Shown: positions 31,942 through 42,953 of the stretch, piece by piece
How positions within the stretch are numbered: the stretch's first letter is position 1
Layout: each line of letters starts with the position of its first letter
From: Sedimentisphaerales bacterium
GTDB lineage: Bacteria > Planctomycetota > Phycisphaerae > Sedimentisphaerales > SM23-30
DNA: 64,000 nucleotides
Assembly (NCBI GenBank): GCA_963666285.1
Contig: OY762711.1
Reading direction: 5' to 3' (one strand)
Position numbers and translations under genes: made by a program
The notes under the pieces: generated by a model
Databases searched by the model: none
Seen by the model: the letters and a program-made list of their open reading frames with translations, nothing else
Told to the model about the DNA's origin: nothing

Positions 31942-34818
31942 TTATTTATTGTTAGTGAGATTGGCTGTTGATTTTTCGGTTTGAGGTTTATACCACAAAC
32001 TTTGCCAGTATTGCTCATCCAGTTGGTAAACATCAACGTTTTGTTTGCTTATATCGAAGTCAGCAGGCAGTATACCATACTTTTTCATTTCGCGTATGTA
32101 AGCATTTCTTGGCTTAAAGTCTGGCATATCAAACCGCTTGATCTGGTCGAGCTTTTGTTTACCGGCATTAATCATAGCGAGTATTTTTTGATAGTCGCTA
32201 TCATTAGTATCCTTAAATATTACCGGATGGGATTTTTCATTTTCACTGGCGTATCCTCCTGCAGTGTTTGCCAGGGGAGCCATCAGGATAATTGATTTTT
32301 CCGGAATGGTGAGGTTAAACACACAATGTCGAGAAAATGTAATAGCTTTCGAGTTCAGGTCAGGCTGCCAGAAACTGATTCCACCTTCATCAGAGAGTTT
32401 ATACGGCAGTCGTTTTTGACCATTATGACATTCCGAACATCGTCGGTGGATAGCGTCAGCTGCTACACCTGAGACCGGCCACTGATGATCGCTGTTGATA
32501 ACCTGTGCATTTTCCAGGTAGCCACCGATCATGCCGGTGCCAAGCGAGGCGTATGTTCCAGGATAAGTTGCGGCGGACTCGATCCAGTATCTGATATAAT
32601 TAATTTCCTTTTCCGAAAGTTTTGCTCCGCCATGTTCGTTCAGCGCTTTTCTCAGAAGTTTGCTGGGATAAGCCCCGATTGCATATGGCGGGTAGTTACC
32701 GTACATGCGGTTACGCCCATCAGCAAACTGCCCGTAAATTGTTAGGTATGCATAGCTATGGCTAAACATTGGGCCATGGTCGCCGGTGAGCAGGATTTTT
32801 CCTTTACGGTTGTCCGGGTTATGGCAGCTAACACAATGTTTATCGAGAATAGGCTGAATATCTCTCGGGAAGTCGAATACCTGCGGAATGCCTTCCAGCG
32901 GCTTTGGTTTATGCGGTACCTTAGCAGCCGCTGCAACGGTTGTATGAATCGGGGACGAGGTTCTGTTTTCATGACAGCCGACACAACTGCTTGTCTCTCC
33001 GGGAGCAATCGAGGTGAAGCTGTGCATACGTTTGACAGCGTTATTATTTTCGTCCAGTGCGATAAAAAATACCGATCGGTTAGCGGGCAGCTCCATATAA
33101 GCCGACCCGTCAGGTTCCACCGGTATGGTACCGAGTATTCTTTCTAGAGTAAACGATCCGCCGTATGTCAGCGGGTCCATTCCGCCGGTATAGTTAATAG
33201 GTTTAGGGAGTGTTTCCATGACCAGTAGTTTTTTTATACTACCGTAAGCGACGTCTTTCATTTGCCGGCCAATATAAACATTAGTCAGCAGCAGTTTACC
33301 GGTGGTATCTGCCGGATTGATAAGATCAGGGATGATTCTCTCCCGCTGTCGTTTTATAACAGGTCTGGGTTCGTGTACGGAAAATTCCGGCTGATATTTT
33401 TGAGGGTCAAGGCTGAAGATGATATTAGATTTACCGGTCATATCCATTAACTGAATATTTCTACCAATACCAATAATAAAATGTTCTTTAGAAAGCGGAT
33501 AAGGATCACGATATTGAACAGAGTCGTTCAGTATTTTGATAGCAGACAAGTCGTCCGGTCCCAGCTTACTGGTTACAGTTGCAATGCGTCCGGCATGTTC
33601 ACTTATGCCGTGGCCCGGCGAATCGATCATAAGCACATCGGTTGTGCCGGGAATCGGCCTGGCATCGAGATATACTTCTCCGGGATTTTTATTGCCGAAA
33701 AATACAATCTGGTTGGTACCGTCCGGTCGCATAGACCATAAATGGTGGAAGTGGACCTGGCTGCGATCAACGTATTCCCATCGGGTATAAAGTATCCTGC
33801 CGTCCGGCAAAACTGCCGGGGTATTGTCTTGTTCGATATTGGCGGACAGCTGGTGAATATTGGTGCCGTCGCCATTACAGCGATATAAGGTTGCGACCTG
33901 GGTAAGCCAGCAGTTAACCCATCGGTTACATCGGCTGGATACGAAGATAATTTTTCCATCAGGCAGATATTCAGGTTCGAAATCATCGAAAGGGCCATAG
34001 GTAATTTGCCTGAGATTGCTGCCGTCAATATTTATCTCATACAGGTTGAAATGTTCCTGTTTGTCCTTGCGGTATGAAAACAGAATTTTCTGAGCGTCAT
34101 AATGAACAACCGGGTCCCTGACAGAGCCTGACAGGGCATCTACTAAAACGGTTACCTCGCCAGTTGATAAATTAAGTTTACAAAGCTGCCCGCCGGGTAT
34201 ATGTGGTTTTCGGTTTTCATCTTCGGAATAGTAGGCGAAATTAGCATACCAGTGAGGATCCATCCCTATTATTCTTACAGCAAAGACAATTTCATTACAT
34301 TTATATGTGTCTCTCAGAATATTCAGCTTTTGTTCCCTGGCAGCTATTTTATACTGTTCAATAGCATTATTTATCTCCGGGCTATCAAATTTAACTTCCC
34401 AGATAGAATATAGCGGATGAGGACCGTATTTCAGACAGTTAATTTTAAGGTATCTTCCGTTCGCATTGAGGTTATTGTGTGAGGAGGTCCCACCATTTCC
34501 TTCAGTCACTTTTGCGATAGTTTGCCAATTTGTCTGATTTTCAGAAATAAGTATTTCATATTCTTTGGCAAATGCAGCTTCCCAGACTATAATAATGTTG
34601 GTTACAGGCAGGGTTTTGCCAAAGTCTATGAGAAGAAAATCATTATTTCTATTAGTTTGTGAGGCCCAGCGGGTTTGCGGGTCATTATCAAAAGCGTATT
34701 CCGGGAGAAGAGTGCTGTTATAATTACTGGAAGAATTGAAACTGATCAGATCACTATAGGCCAATGATTGAAATGATGTAACGATCAGAATAAACGATAA
34801 TAATTTTACTGCCTTCAT
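31942..34818 (-). CDS. Secreted F5/8-type C (CBM32) + beta-propeller/HzsA-like + triheme cytochrome c protein
   Basis: AFDNDPQTRWAS discoidin motif; DGRILYTRWEY, PVEPDGSAY...FFIALD HzsA-like segments; CVGCH, CVSCH, CSECH. Confidence 0.8.
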   Translation of the reverse strand: MKAVKLLSFILIVTSFQSLAYSDLISFNSSSNYNSTLLPEYAFDNDPQTRWASQTNRNNDFLLIDFGKTLPVTNIIIVWEAAFAKEYEILISENQTNWQTIAKVTEGNGGTSSHNNLNANGRYLKINCLKYGPHPLYSIWEVKFDSPEINNAIEQYKIAAREQKLNILRDTYKCNEIVFAVRIIGMDPHWYANFAYYSEDENRKPHIPGGQLCKLNLSTGEVTVLVDALSGSVRDPVVHYDAQKILFSYRKDKQEHFNLYEINIDGSNLRQITYGPFDDFEPEYLPDGKIIFVSSRCNRWVNCWLTQVATLYRCNGDGTNIHQLSANIEQDNTPAVLPDGRILYTRWEYVDRSQVHFHHLWSMRPDGTNQIVFFGNKNPGEVYLDARPIPGTTDVLMIDSPGHGISEHAGRIATVTSKLGPDDLSAIKILNDSVQYRDPYPLSKEHFIIGIGRNIQLMDMTGKSNIIFSLDPQKYQPEFSVHEPRPVIKRQRERIIPDLINPADTTGKLLLTNVYIGRQMKDVAYGSIKKLLVMETLPKPINYTGGMDPLTYGGSFTLERILGTIPVEPDGSAYMELPANRSVFFIALDENNNAVKRMHSFTSIAPGETSSCVGCHENRTSSPIHTTVAAAAKVPHKPKPLEGIPQVFDFPRDIQPILDKHCVSCHNPDNRKGKILLTGDHGPMFSHSYAYLTIYGQFADGRNRMYGNYPPYAIGAYPSKLLRKALNEHGGAKLSEKEINYIRYWIESAATYPGTYASLGTGMIGGYLENAQVINSDHQWPVSGVAADAIHRRCSECHNGQKRLPYKLSDEGGISFWQPDLNSKAITFSRHCVFNLTIPEKSIILMAPLANTAGGYASENEKSHPVIFKDTNDSDYQKILAMINAGKQKLDQIKRFDMPDFKPRNAYIREMKKYGILPADFDISKQNVDVYQLDEQYWQSLWYKPQTEKSTANLTNNK

Positions 34819-34945
34819 TGCATTATCCGTATGTGTATGATTAATAAGACTTTATACGATGAAAGGCTATACAATGCCTTTTGTTCAAATGTAATAATGA
34901 TGATACAGATATCTATGGTATATGTCAATAAATGAGGTATTTTAC

Positions 34946-35157
34946 AGTGCGGTATCGCACTTTTGGCTGTTCAACATTACACGCAAAGGCCAGAACAGGG
35001 CCAATTATGTGAAAAATGAATAATGAAAAGTGAAAAATTAAGGTATTCGACTATCTTTCGACCAGCTCAGGACAGGTTGTCTCGCGTTTCGTTTAAATTC
35101 AAAGTGCTGCAGAAAGGCCCTTTTAGGCGATTTACCAACTAAAAATTGCGAAAGTAA
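34946..35157. mobile_element. MITE-like element family E, copy 1 (others 44422-44616, 52677-52855; partial 37687-37742)
   Basis: Conserved AGTGCGGTATCGCACTTTT left end, GAACAGGGCCAATTA and AAGGTATTCGA core, TGCGAAAG right end. Confidence 0.7.
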
Positions 35158-35219
35158 TACATATAATATTCAATATTAATGAAAAAAATTTGACTTATTG
35201 GCTTCCGGCGGCTTATTAA

Positions 35220-35237
35220 TAATAAGAACGATTATTA
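35220..35237. promoter_or_regulatory. Putative Fur/Per box
   Basis: TAATAA-N6-TTATTA inverted repeat just downstream of a TTGACT promoter-like hexamer and upstream of perR. Confidence 0.5.
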
Positions 35238-35254
35238 TTTAGAGGTAAATAAAA

Positions 35255-35638
35255 TTGAAATATAAACACAGTAAGCAGAGAGACAGGATACTTGAGCTGC
35301 TTAATGAGACAGATGTTCACCCGACAGCAGACTGGTTGTACCAAAAACTAAAAGATGAATTTCCGAGTCTGAGTATGGGAACTGTTTACAGGAATTTAAC
35401 TATTCTTCAGGATCAGAACCTGGTTCAGAAGCTGCCTTTTGGCAGTACTCATGACCGGTATGAGGCGAAGAAGATTCCGCATTATCATCTTGTATGTGAG
35501 AAATGCGGTCGTGTTCAGGATTTTGAGATGCCTCAGTATGCGGAAATTAATGAACAGGCTCAGCAGGCGAGTGGTTTTGATATAACCAGCCACAGAATAG
35601 ATTTTTTTGGTATATGTGAAAAATGTCAGCAAGAATAG
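35255..35638 (+). CDS. perR: Fur-family regulator, probably PerR
   Basis: HPTADWLY, SMGTVYRNL, HYHLVCEKCG, CEKC; directly upstream of catalase. Confidence 0.85.
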   Translation: MKYKHSKQRDRILELLNETDVHPTADWLYQKLKDEFPSLSMGTVYRNLTILQDQNLVQKLPFGSTHDRYEAKKIPHYHLVCEKCGRVQDFEMPQYAEINEQAQQASGFDITSHRIDFFGICEKCQQE

Positions 35639-35721
35639 AAAATAACTTTGTGTCCCAGGCATAAAAGACAATAAAACTGAATTGTGAAACTTAATAACCT
35701 AACCGGAAGGAGTACACCTTT

Positions 35722-37179
35722 ATGAAGGATAAAAAACTTACTAACAATGTTGGAGCACCAGTAGTTGATAATCAGAACGTTATAACTGCCGGTCCGCGTG
35801 GTCCGCAAATGCTGCAGGATGTCTGGTTCCTGGAGAAGCTGGCCCATTTCGACCGCGAGGTGATCCCGGAACGTCGTATGCATGCCAAGGGATCGGGAGC
35901 TTTTGGTACTTTTACTGTTAAGCACGACATTACAAAGTATACCAAAGCGAAGATCTTTTCAGAGGTAGGAAAGAAGACGGATTTGTTTGTGCGTTTTTCA
36001 ACGGTTGCCGGTGAGCGTGGAGCTGCTGATGCAGAGAGAGACATTCGTGGATTTGCGATCAAGTTTTATACCGAGGAAGGCAACTGGGATCTGGTCGGAA
36101 ATAATACCCCGGTGTTTTTCCTGAAAGATCCGTTGAAGTTTCCGGATCTTAATCATGCGGTGAAACGCGATCCTAAAACCAATCTTCGCAGCGCAAAAAA
36201 CAACTGGGATTTCTGGACAAATCTGCCGGAAGCTCTGCACCAGGTTACGATAACAATGAGCGAGCGAGGCATACCGCTATCATATCGTCATATGAACGGA
36301 TACGGGAGTCATACATACAGTATGATCAATGCCAAGGGGGAACGGTTCTGGGTGAAATATCATTTGAAGACCCAGCAGGGAATAAAATGTCTGACCGATG
36401 AAGAAGCGACAAAAGTAATCGGCATGTGCCGTGAGAGCCATCAGCGAGATCTGTTTGACAGTATCGAAAAGGGTGAATTTCCTAAGTGGGATGTTAAGAT
36501 CCAGGTTGTGCCTGAAAAGGAAGCAGCGAACTTTCCATTTAACCCGTTTGATTTGACCAAGGTATGGCCTCATAAAGATTATCCACTAATTGATGTAGGT
36601 GTTTTGGAGCTGAATAAAAATCCGGAAAATTATTTTGCGGATGTTGAACAGGCGGCATTTAACCCGGCTAATATTGTGCCGGGACTTGGTTTTTCGCCAG
36701 ATAAAATGCTGCAGGGCAGATTGTTTTCTTATGGTGATGCCCAGCGATATCGCCTGGGAGTGAACCATCATCTTATACCGGTAAATAAGGCACGCTGCCC
36801 GGTAAATTGTTTCCATCGTGACGGTGCGATGCGGGTTGACGGTAATTATGGTGCAACGCCTGGCTATGAACCGAACAGTTATGGCGAATGGCAGGAGCAG
36901 CCGGAGCATAAAGAGCCGCCATTGGAAGTAAGCGGTGCAATCGATCACTGGAACCATCGTGAGGATAGCGATGATTATTATTCACAGCCGGGCGATCTGT
37001 TCAGACTGATGAATGCCGATCAGCAGCAGGCATTGTTTGGCAATACAGCCAGAGCGATGGGTGATGCTCCGAAAGAGGTAAAGGTTCGTCATATCGGAAA
37101 TTGCCTGAAGGCTGACCCTGCATATGGTAAGGGTGTGGCAGATGCACTTGGTATTGATCTTAGTGAAGTACCTAAATAG
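35722..37179 (+). CDS. katA: Monofunctional heme catalase
   Basis: [42 protein letters not shown]. Confidence 0.97.
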   Translation: MKDKKLTNNVGAPVVDNQNVITAGPRGPQMLQDVWFLEKLAHFDREVIPERRMHAKGSGAFGTFTVKHDITKYTKAKIFSEVGKKTDLFVRFSTVAGERGAADAERDIRGFAIKFYTEEGNWDLVGNNTPVFFLKDPLKFPDLNHAVKRDPKTNLRSAKNNWDFWTNLPEALHQVTITMSERGIPLSYRHMNGYGSHTYSMINAKGERFWVKYHLKTQQGIKCLTDEEATKVIGMCRESHQRDLFDSIEKGEFPKWDVKIQVVPEKEAANFPFNPFDLTKVWPHKDYPLIDVGVLELNKNPENYFADVEQAAFNPANIVPGLGFSPDKMLQGRLFSYGDAQRYRLGVNHHLIPVNKARCPVNCFHRDGAMRVDGNYGATPGYEPNSYGEWQEQPEHKEPPLEVSGAIDHWNHREDSDDYYSQPGDLFRLMNADQQQALFGNTARAMGDAPKEVKVRHIGNCLKADPAYGKGVADALGIDLSEVPK

Positions 37180-37250
37180 CTCAAACCGGCCAATGGTCAG
37201 TTTGAATAATGAAACCACTAACGCTGGGAATATATAGTGTACCTCAGTAA

Positions 37251-37420
37251 TTAAGACTACCTCTAAAAATTCATTTTGTGCTGCGAACAAGCACTTTTGT
37301 CTGCTGGACTGCGTCACATAAAACCGTAAATATCGTCAAATATGCACGATTTTATGTTTCTTGCCAGCAAACAAAATATCTAGTTCTCGCAGCAAAAGCA
37401 ATTTCTAGAGGCACCCTTAA
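37251..37420. mobile_element. Palindromic MITE-like element family F, copy 1 (copy 2 at 50469-50635; ends-only remnant 54183-54219)
   Basis: TIR TTAAGACTACCTCTAAAAATT / AATTTCTAGAGGCACCCTTAA; internal nested inverted repeats. Confidence 0.7.
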
Positions 37421-37492
37421 GAAATACGTTTGAGTGTTTGATATGTAAAAATATAATATCCAGTACTCAATGGGTATCTTAATACGTGAGGT

Positions 37493-37525
37493 AAAAGGAG
37501 CTGTTTTGATAGCAGCTCCTTTTTT
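37493..37525 (+). terminator. Rho-independent terminator after katA
   Basis: AAAAGGAGCTG...CAGCTCCTTTTTT. Confidence 0.75.
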
Positions 37526-37769
37526 CATGATGTGATTTATTCGCGGGGAGATGGTTGGTGTTTTAGAAAAATGAAATTAATTATTGCTGTATTATGTTTT
37601 TCAATAAAGGAGGAAGTATTCTGAAGTCAAAAGGCAGTTAAGTCAAAGCTTTGCCGGTTCATTATGATCCGCAGGAATTTATAATCGCTGCAGGGAGGTC
37701 CATTTATGCATTTTTTGCAACTTAAAAACTGCGAAAGTAAACTCTTGATTAAAATATTTAATCAAACAT

Positions 37770-39137
37770 CTATTCTACTTCCTTTAGCAGTCTCTTTGCC
37801 TGTCCGATCATATAAAACGGCAGAGACACTAATTGGTATTTTTTCTTTTCCTGATCTTTAATATTGGATTCCGCTTCGACAATTGACGGCAGATCAGAGT
37901 TAAGCCTCAATGCCAGTTTTGTATTTTTTTGAGCGACAAATACCTGAAGAGATTTTAAGCTTCCGGTTGTTCCGGCTTTAACCTCAACGGGAATAATATT
38001 TGAACCTTGTTGTATTACATAATCGATTTCCGATGATGTCCCGGTTTTCTGCCGCATCCAGCAGTGTAATTCCGGCCTTTGGTAAAAAGGAAAGTCATAT
38101 AATAGATGCTGACCGACAAATTGTTCGCATATTGCCCCGGAGTTTACCAAGGATAAATCATTAATATCGATAATATCTGTAATATCTAAATTGCAGGATT
38201 TACACAAAAGTCCAACATCTAAAAACAAAGTTTTAAAGCGTTTATAATTTATTTCTGCGCCAAGAGGGATTCCATTTGCATTTGTGTGGTATATGCGATT
38301 TATAACTTTTGCCAGCTCTAAATTATTAAGAGCATCAGATAAGATGCGGCTATTTATGTCTCTATCAATATTTACATATTTAATTTTTTGTCCTACAAGC
38401 AAAGGAATTTTAGTAAATACTTTTTGCATTAAAACAGTATCAATTTTTTTTCCATATTTATTAAAATCATCGATGTAGTTGGTAAGTATTGATTCTAATA
38501 TCTTATTGACTTCAAAGTATGATTCTGTTTGAGCAAAATTTGCTACGGCTTCCGGCATGCCGCCAATAATGCAATATTTTCTAAATTCTTCTATCAGCAT
38601 TTGATGGGCCGGTTCAAACCATTTATTACCAAATGAGAAATTATGCAAATGTTCCAGTGTAATTTCATTATTGGTAGCGAGTAAATATTCTTCGAATGTC
38701 ATCGGGCCAAGGTGCAGGTATTCGATCCTGCCGACCGGCATAGAAAAGTCATGTTCAGCCAAAACGAAATCAAGCAGTGAACCAGCGGCAATTATATGAA
38801 GTTCCGGCAATTGCTCATAAAAATATCGTAATTTTGCTAAAACGATTGGTAATGCCTGTATTTCATCCAGGAATAAAAGAGTTTTACCCGGAATGATTCT
38901 TTGTTTGAATTTGGTCTGCAGGAAGTCGATTGTCTCTTTTGGCTGCAGATCTTTAAAACAATTGTGAACACCGATATCGTTTTCAAAATTGACTTCGATG
39001 AGATTATCAAAATTACTATTTCCAAAAAGCCTGGCAAGATAAGATTTTCCTACCTGTCTGGCACCTCGGATTACGATTGGCTTTCGATTGGAAGAATCTT
39101 TCCAATCATTAAGGTATTTAAGTGCTTGTCTTTTCAT
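37770..39137 (-). CDS. AAA+ ATPase with DUF4143 domain
   Basis: GARQVGKS, FLDEIQ, AAGSLL, GGMPEAV, EIDYVI..PVEVKAG. Confidence 0.88.
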   Translation of the reverse strand: MKRQALKYLNDWKDSSNRKPIVIRGARQVGKSYLARLFGNSNFDNLIEVNFENDIGVHNCFKDLQPKETIDFLQTKFKQRIIPGKTLLFLDEIQALPIVLAKLRYFYEQLPELHIIAAGSLLDFVLAEHDFSMPVGRIEYLHLGPMTFEEYLLATNNEITLEHLHNFSFGNKWFEPAHQMLIEEFRKYCIIGGMPEAVANFAQTESYFEVNKILESILTNYIDDFNKYGKKIDTVLMQKVFTKIPLLVGQKIKYVNIDRDINSRILSDALNNLELAKVINRIYHTNANGIPLGAEINYKRFKTLFLDVGLLCKSCNLDITDIIDINDLSLVNSGAICEQFVGQHLLYDFPFYQRPELHCWMRQKTGTSSEIDYVIQQGSNIIPVEVKAGTTGSLKSLQVFVAQKNTKLALRLNSDLPSIVEAESNIKDQEKKKYQLVSLPFYMIGQAKRLLKEVE

Positions 39138-39191
39138 AGCTTAAGTTTTATGTGGATTGAAATTACTTATTAATATTTATATATGAATTAT

Positions 39192-39280
39192 AAAACATGC
39201 TATTGTTTCTGTCAAGTATTGTTGAAAACATGCTATTGTTTTTGTTAAACTATAAATAAAACACCCTATTGTTTTAGCAA
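39192..39280. repeat. Three direct repeats with 33-bp period upstream of the DUF4143 ATPase
   Basis: AAAACATGCTATTGTTT at 39192 and 39225; AAAACACCCTATTGTTT at 39258. Confidence 0.8.
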
Positions 39281-39395
39281 ATATACTGAATTTATCGGTA
39301 ATATTATTGTCAATCTTTTATTTAGTAACAGGGTTTTCAGCATGTTTTGTTTGTGATATAATTATGGGACAATAACTCATTAGAAAGGATGCAGA

Positions 39396-42300
39396 ATGAG
39401 CGCTAACAGCTTTACTCATTTACATTTACATACAGAATACAGTCTGCTGGACGGCGGCTGCGGCATCAAGAAGCTGGTAAAGCATTGTAAAGAGCTGGGT
39501 ATGGAAAACCTGGCGATAACCGATCATGGCAACATGTTTGGTGCTACCAGTTTTTACAGTGCCGCCAGAGGAGCCGGGATTAAGCCTATTGTTGGTATTG
39601 AGGCGTATATCGCGCCTGGCAGCCGATTTGAAAAAGACAGTAAGGGTATGTCGGAGGCCAGTTATCATTTATGTTTGCTGGCGGAAAATTTAACGGGATA
39701 TAAAAACCTGCTGAAACTGGCTACGATAGGCTATACCGAAGGTTTCTATTATAAGCCTCGAATCGATAAAGAAATACTGGCCGAGCTGAAAGAAGGTCTT
39801 ATCTGTACCTCTGCTTGCCTGGGCGGTGAGATACCAAGCCTGATTAATCAGGAGCGGTTTGACGAAGCCCGTGAATCAGCCGAATGGTATTTGAAGACAT
39901 TCGGCGAAGAGCGTTTTTATATAGAGATCCAATGGCATTGCGAAGATCAGAACCGGGTAACGCCGCATTTGGTAGAACTTGCCAATAAGATTGGTGCCCC
40001 GCTGGTGGCGACCAATGATGTTCACTTTCTGAAGAAAGAAGACTACCGGGCACATCAGGCGCTGACGTGTTTGAGCACGGGTAAGACGATGGACGATCCT
40101 AAAAAGATGGTCTATCCGACCGAGCTGTATTTGCGTCCGGCGGAAGAGATGCGAGAGACATTTGCCCGCTGGCCGGAAGCGTGTGACAATACGATGAAGA
40201 TCGCCGAGATGTGTAATCTTGAGCTGGACTTTTCGACCCAGCATGCCCCGGTATATAAATGCCCGGACAAGATGACCGCGGATCAGTATTTACGCAAACT
40301 TTGTGAGGAAGGGCTGCGCAAACGGTTTGGCGAGATTAATGAAGAGCGTCAGGCGAGACTTGACCATGAGCTGAAAGTTATCAGTGACAAAAACTTTTCC
40401 GGCTACTTTATTATTGTATGGGACTTTGTAAATTTTGCCCGCCGTAATAATATCCCGGCGAACCCGCGTGGTTCCGGTGTCGGTACTCTGGTTGGTTATG
40501 CCCTGGAGATTACCAATGTTGACCCGATGCGATACGGTTTGCTGTTCGAACGATTTATGGACCCAGAGCGAAACGAGATGCCCGATATCGATATCGATAT
40601 CTGTCAGAACGGTCGTCAGCGGGTAATCGAATACGTACAGAAAAAATACGGTCACGTCGCCCAGATCACAACCTTTGGTACGTTAAAGGCCAAGGGAGTA
40701 ATGCGTGATGTATGCCGGGTATTGAATATACCGCTTGATGAGGCGGACAAACTTGCCAAGCTGATACCGGATGATCTGAAGATGACGCTGGATAAGGCCT
40801 TGGAGCAGGAGCCGGAGCTGCGCGAATGGTGTGAGCGTGACCCGAAGGTAAAAGATGCCTTTAATATAGGCCGCACGTTGGAAGGTCTTACCCGCCATTG
40901 TTCGGTGCATGCCTGTGCGGTGGTGATTGCCGATGAGCCGTTGACGAATTTCCTGCCGCTGTATAAAGCCACCGGCAGTGACGATTTGATCACCCAGTTT
41001 GAAGGTCCGTTGGTCGAGCAGGCCGGTCTGTTGAAGATGGACTTTTTGGGTTTGCGAACCTTAACTATTGTAGACCGTGCATGTAAACTGATCAGGGAAA
41101 ACAAGGGTAAGGACATCGAAGTTTACCGCGATATCGACCTGACAGATAAGGAAACGTTGAATCTGTTCTGCCGCGGTAAGACAAAAGGAGTGTTCCAGTT
41201 TGAATCAGGCGGAATGCAGGATCTGCTGCAGAATATGAGACCTGACCGGGTGGAAGATCTAATCGCGGCAAACGCGCTGTACCGTCCGGGGCCAATGTCA
41301 TTGATTCCTGATTATAATGCTCGTAAACATGGCCAGGAGTGGGATGCCCCGCACCCGATTATGCGTGAACTGCTGGAAGAGACCTATGGTATTATGATTT
41401 ACCAGGAACAGGTCATGCAGATTCTTAACCAGCTGGGCGGGCTGCCGCTTGGTCGTTCCTATCGTTTGATCAAGGCTATCGGTAAGAAGAAGGAAGATAT
41501 TATTAATGCCGAGAGCGCCGCTTTTGTCGAAGGTTGTGTCGCAAAGGGAATCGACGAGAAAAAAGGATGGGAACTGTTTGAGCTGATCCAGAAATTTGCG
41601 GGTTATGGTTTCAATAAGAGCCATTCGACCCAGTATGCGATCCTTGCTTTCCAGACTGCCTGGCTGAAGACTCATTATCCGACCGAGTTTATGGCGGCAT
41701 TGCTGACATTTGAATCCGGTTCGATCGAAAAGGTTGCTGAATATATTGACGAGGCCAAGAATATCGGCATAGATATTATGCCACCGGATATAAACGAGAG
41801 TAATGTTGACTTTACCCCGGTATATGACATGCCGGAAGGTGAGCGTAAAAAGGAATATGATGATGCCGGCAAGCTGGTCGGCGAGCATATCCGCTTTGGT
41901 TTGGGCGCGATCAAGGGGCTGGGCGAACGAGCGGTAGAAGAGATAATGAGATCTCGAACAGAGCACGGTCAGTTCACAAATATTTACGATTTGTGTCAGA
42001 ATATCGATCTGCGTACGGTTAATAAATCTTCGCTGGATGCTTTGATCAAAGCGGGTGCTCTTGACAGCCTGGGCGGCAGCCGAGCCCAGCATCTTGCGGT
42101 TCTCGAGGAAGCGATTTCAGTTGGCAACAGGATGCAGAAGGACAAGCTGGCCGGCCAGATGAATCTGTTTGGTGCATTCGATGAAGCCGAGCAGCAGGTA
42201 AGTGAAGATTCATATGTACTACCGGACGTTCGGCCGATACCAAAGCCGCAGCTGCTCCAGTTTGAAAAGGAAGTGCTGGGCATGTATGTAACCGAGCATC

Positions 42301-42893
42301 CGCTGGCAGAGTATGCCGAGACGATCCATGACTATAGTACCGCCCATACCAATACCTTGATCGATTTCCCGGAAGGCTCAGAGATAATGATCGGCGGTAT
42401 GATAAATTCTGTTCGTCCGTGTGTTGTTAAGAAAGGCAAGTCAGCCGGCAGCAAGATGGCGATGTTTACGCTCGAAGATGTAAACGGCAAAGTTGACGGT
42501 GTTATCTTTCCGAGCGATTATGCCCTGCATGGTTTTTTGATAGAAAAAGATAAGATGGTGTTTATCCGCGGCAAAGTCGACAAGCGTCGTGAGCAGCCAA
42601 GTATAGTTGTCAACCAGGTATTTGACATGACTCGTGCCGAGGAAGAGCTGACCCATGAGGTTCGTCTGAATATTGATAAGGATATGCTGAACCATAATAT
42701 AATCAGCCAGTTCAAGACAGTTTGTGCGGCACATCGCGGCCGGACGCCGGTATTTGTCTCGCTTCGTTCGCATAATAATATGCGGGTGACAATCCAGACC
42801 GAACATGGCGTTAAACCGGATGTCGATTTCAGGCGTAAGGTAACGAATATGTTTGGCCATGAGAATCTGAAATTGACAGGCCCGGGAGTTTGA
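39396..42893 (+). CDS. dnaE: DNA polymerase III alpha subunit
   Basis: HLHLHTEYSLLDG, RGSGVG, PDIDID, KMDFLGL, GYGFNKSH. Confidence 0.97.
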   Translation: MSANSFTHLHLHTEYSLLDGGCGIKKLVKHCKELGMENLAITDHGNMFGATSFYSAARGAGIKPIVGIEAYIAPGSRFEKDSKGMSEASYHLCLLAENLTGYKNLLKLATIGYTEGFYYKPRIDKEILAELKEGLICTSACLGGEIPSLINQERFDEARESAEWYLKTFGEERFYIEIQWHCEDQNRVTPHLVELANKIGAPLVATNDVHFLKKEDYRAHQALTCLSTGKTMDDPKKMVYPTELYLRPAEEMRETFARWPEACDNTMKIAEMCNLELDFSTQHAPVYKCPDKMTADQYLRKLCEEGLRKRFGEINEERQARLDHELKVISDKNFSGYFIIVWDFVNFARRNNIPANPRGSGVGTLVGYALEITNVDPMRYGLLFERFMDPERNEMPDIDIDICQNGRQRVIEYVQKKYGHVAQITTFGTLKAKGVMRDVCRVLNIPLDEADKLAKLIPDDLKMTLDKALEQEPELREWCERDPKVKDAFNIGRTLEGLTRHCSVHACAVVIADEPLTNFLPLYKATGSDDLITQFEGPLVEQAGLLKMDFLGLRTLTIVDRACKLIRENKGKDIEVYRDIDLTDKETLNLFCRGKTKGVFQFESGGMQDLLQNMRPDRVEDLIAANALYRPGPMSLIPDYNARKHGQEWDAPHPIMRELLEETYGIMIYQEQVMQILNQLGGLPLGRSYRLIKAIGKKKEDIINAESAAFVEGCVAKGIDEKKGWELFELIQKFAGYGFNKSHSTQYAILAFQTAWLKTHYPTEFMAALLTFESGSIEKVAEYIDEAKNIGIDIMPPDINESNVDFTPVYDMPEGERKKEYDDAGKLVGEHIRFGLGAIKGLGERAVEEIMRSRTEHGQFTNIYDLCQNIDLRTVNKSSLDALIKAGALDSLGGSRAQHLAVLEEAISVGNRMQKDKLAGQMNLFGAFDEAEQQVSEDSYVLPDVRPIPKPQLLQFEKEVLGMYVTEHPLAEYAETIHDYSTAHTNTLIDFPEGSEIMIGGMINSVRPCVVKKGKSAGSKMAMFTLEDVNGKVDGVIFPSDYALHGFLIEKDKMVFIRGKVDKRREQPSIVVNQVFDMTRAEEELTHEVRLNIDKDMLNHNIISQFKTVCAAHRGRTPVFVSLRSHNNMRVTIQTEHGVKPDVDFRRKVTNMFGHENLKLTGPGV

Positions 42894-42953
42894 TGGATGT
42901 ACTAAATATTATCTGTTATTATTTTTGATAGAATATAAATGTATGGAGGTTAT

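Noticed and set aside
31942..34818. Evidence of anammox metabolism
   Set aside because: No hzsB/hzsC or hydrazine dehydrogenase nearby; the context is carbohydrate-active
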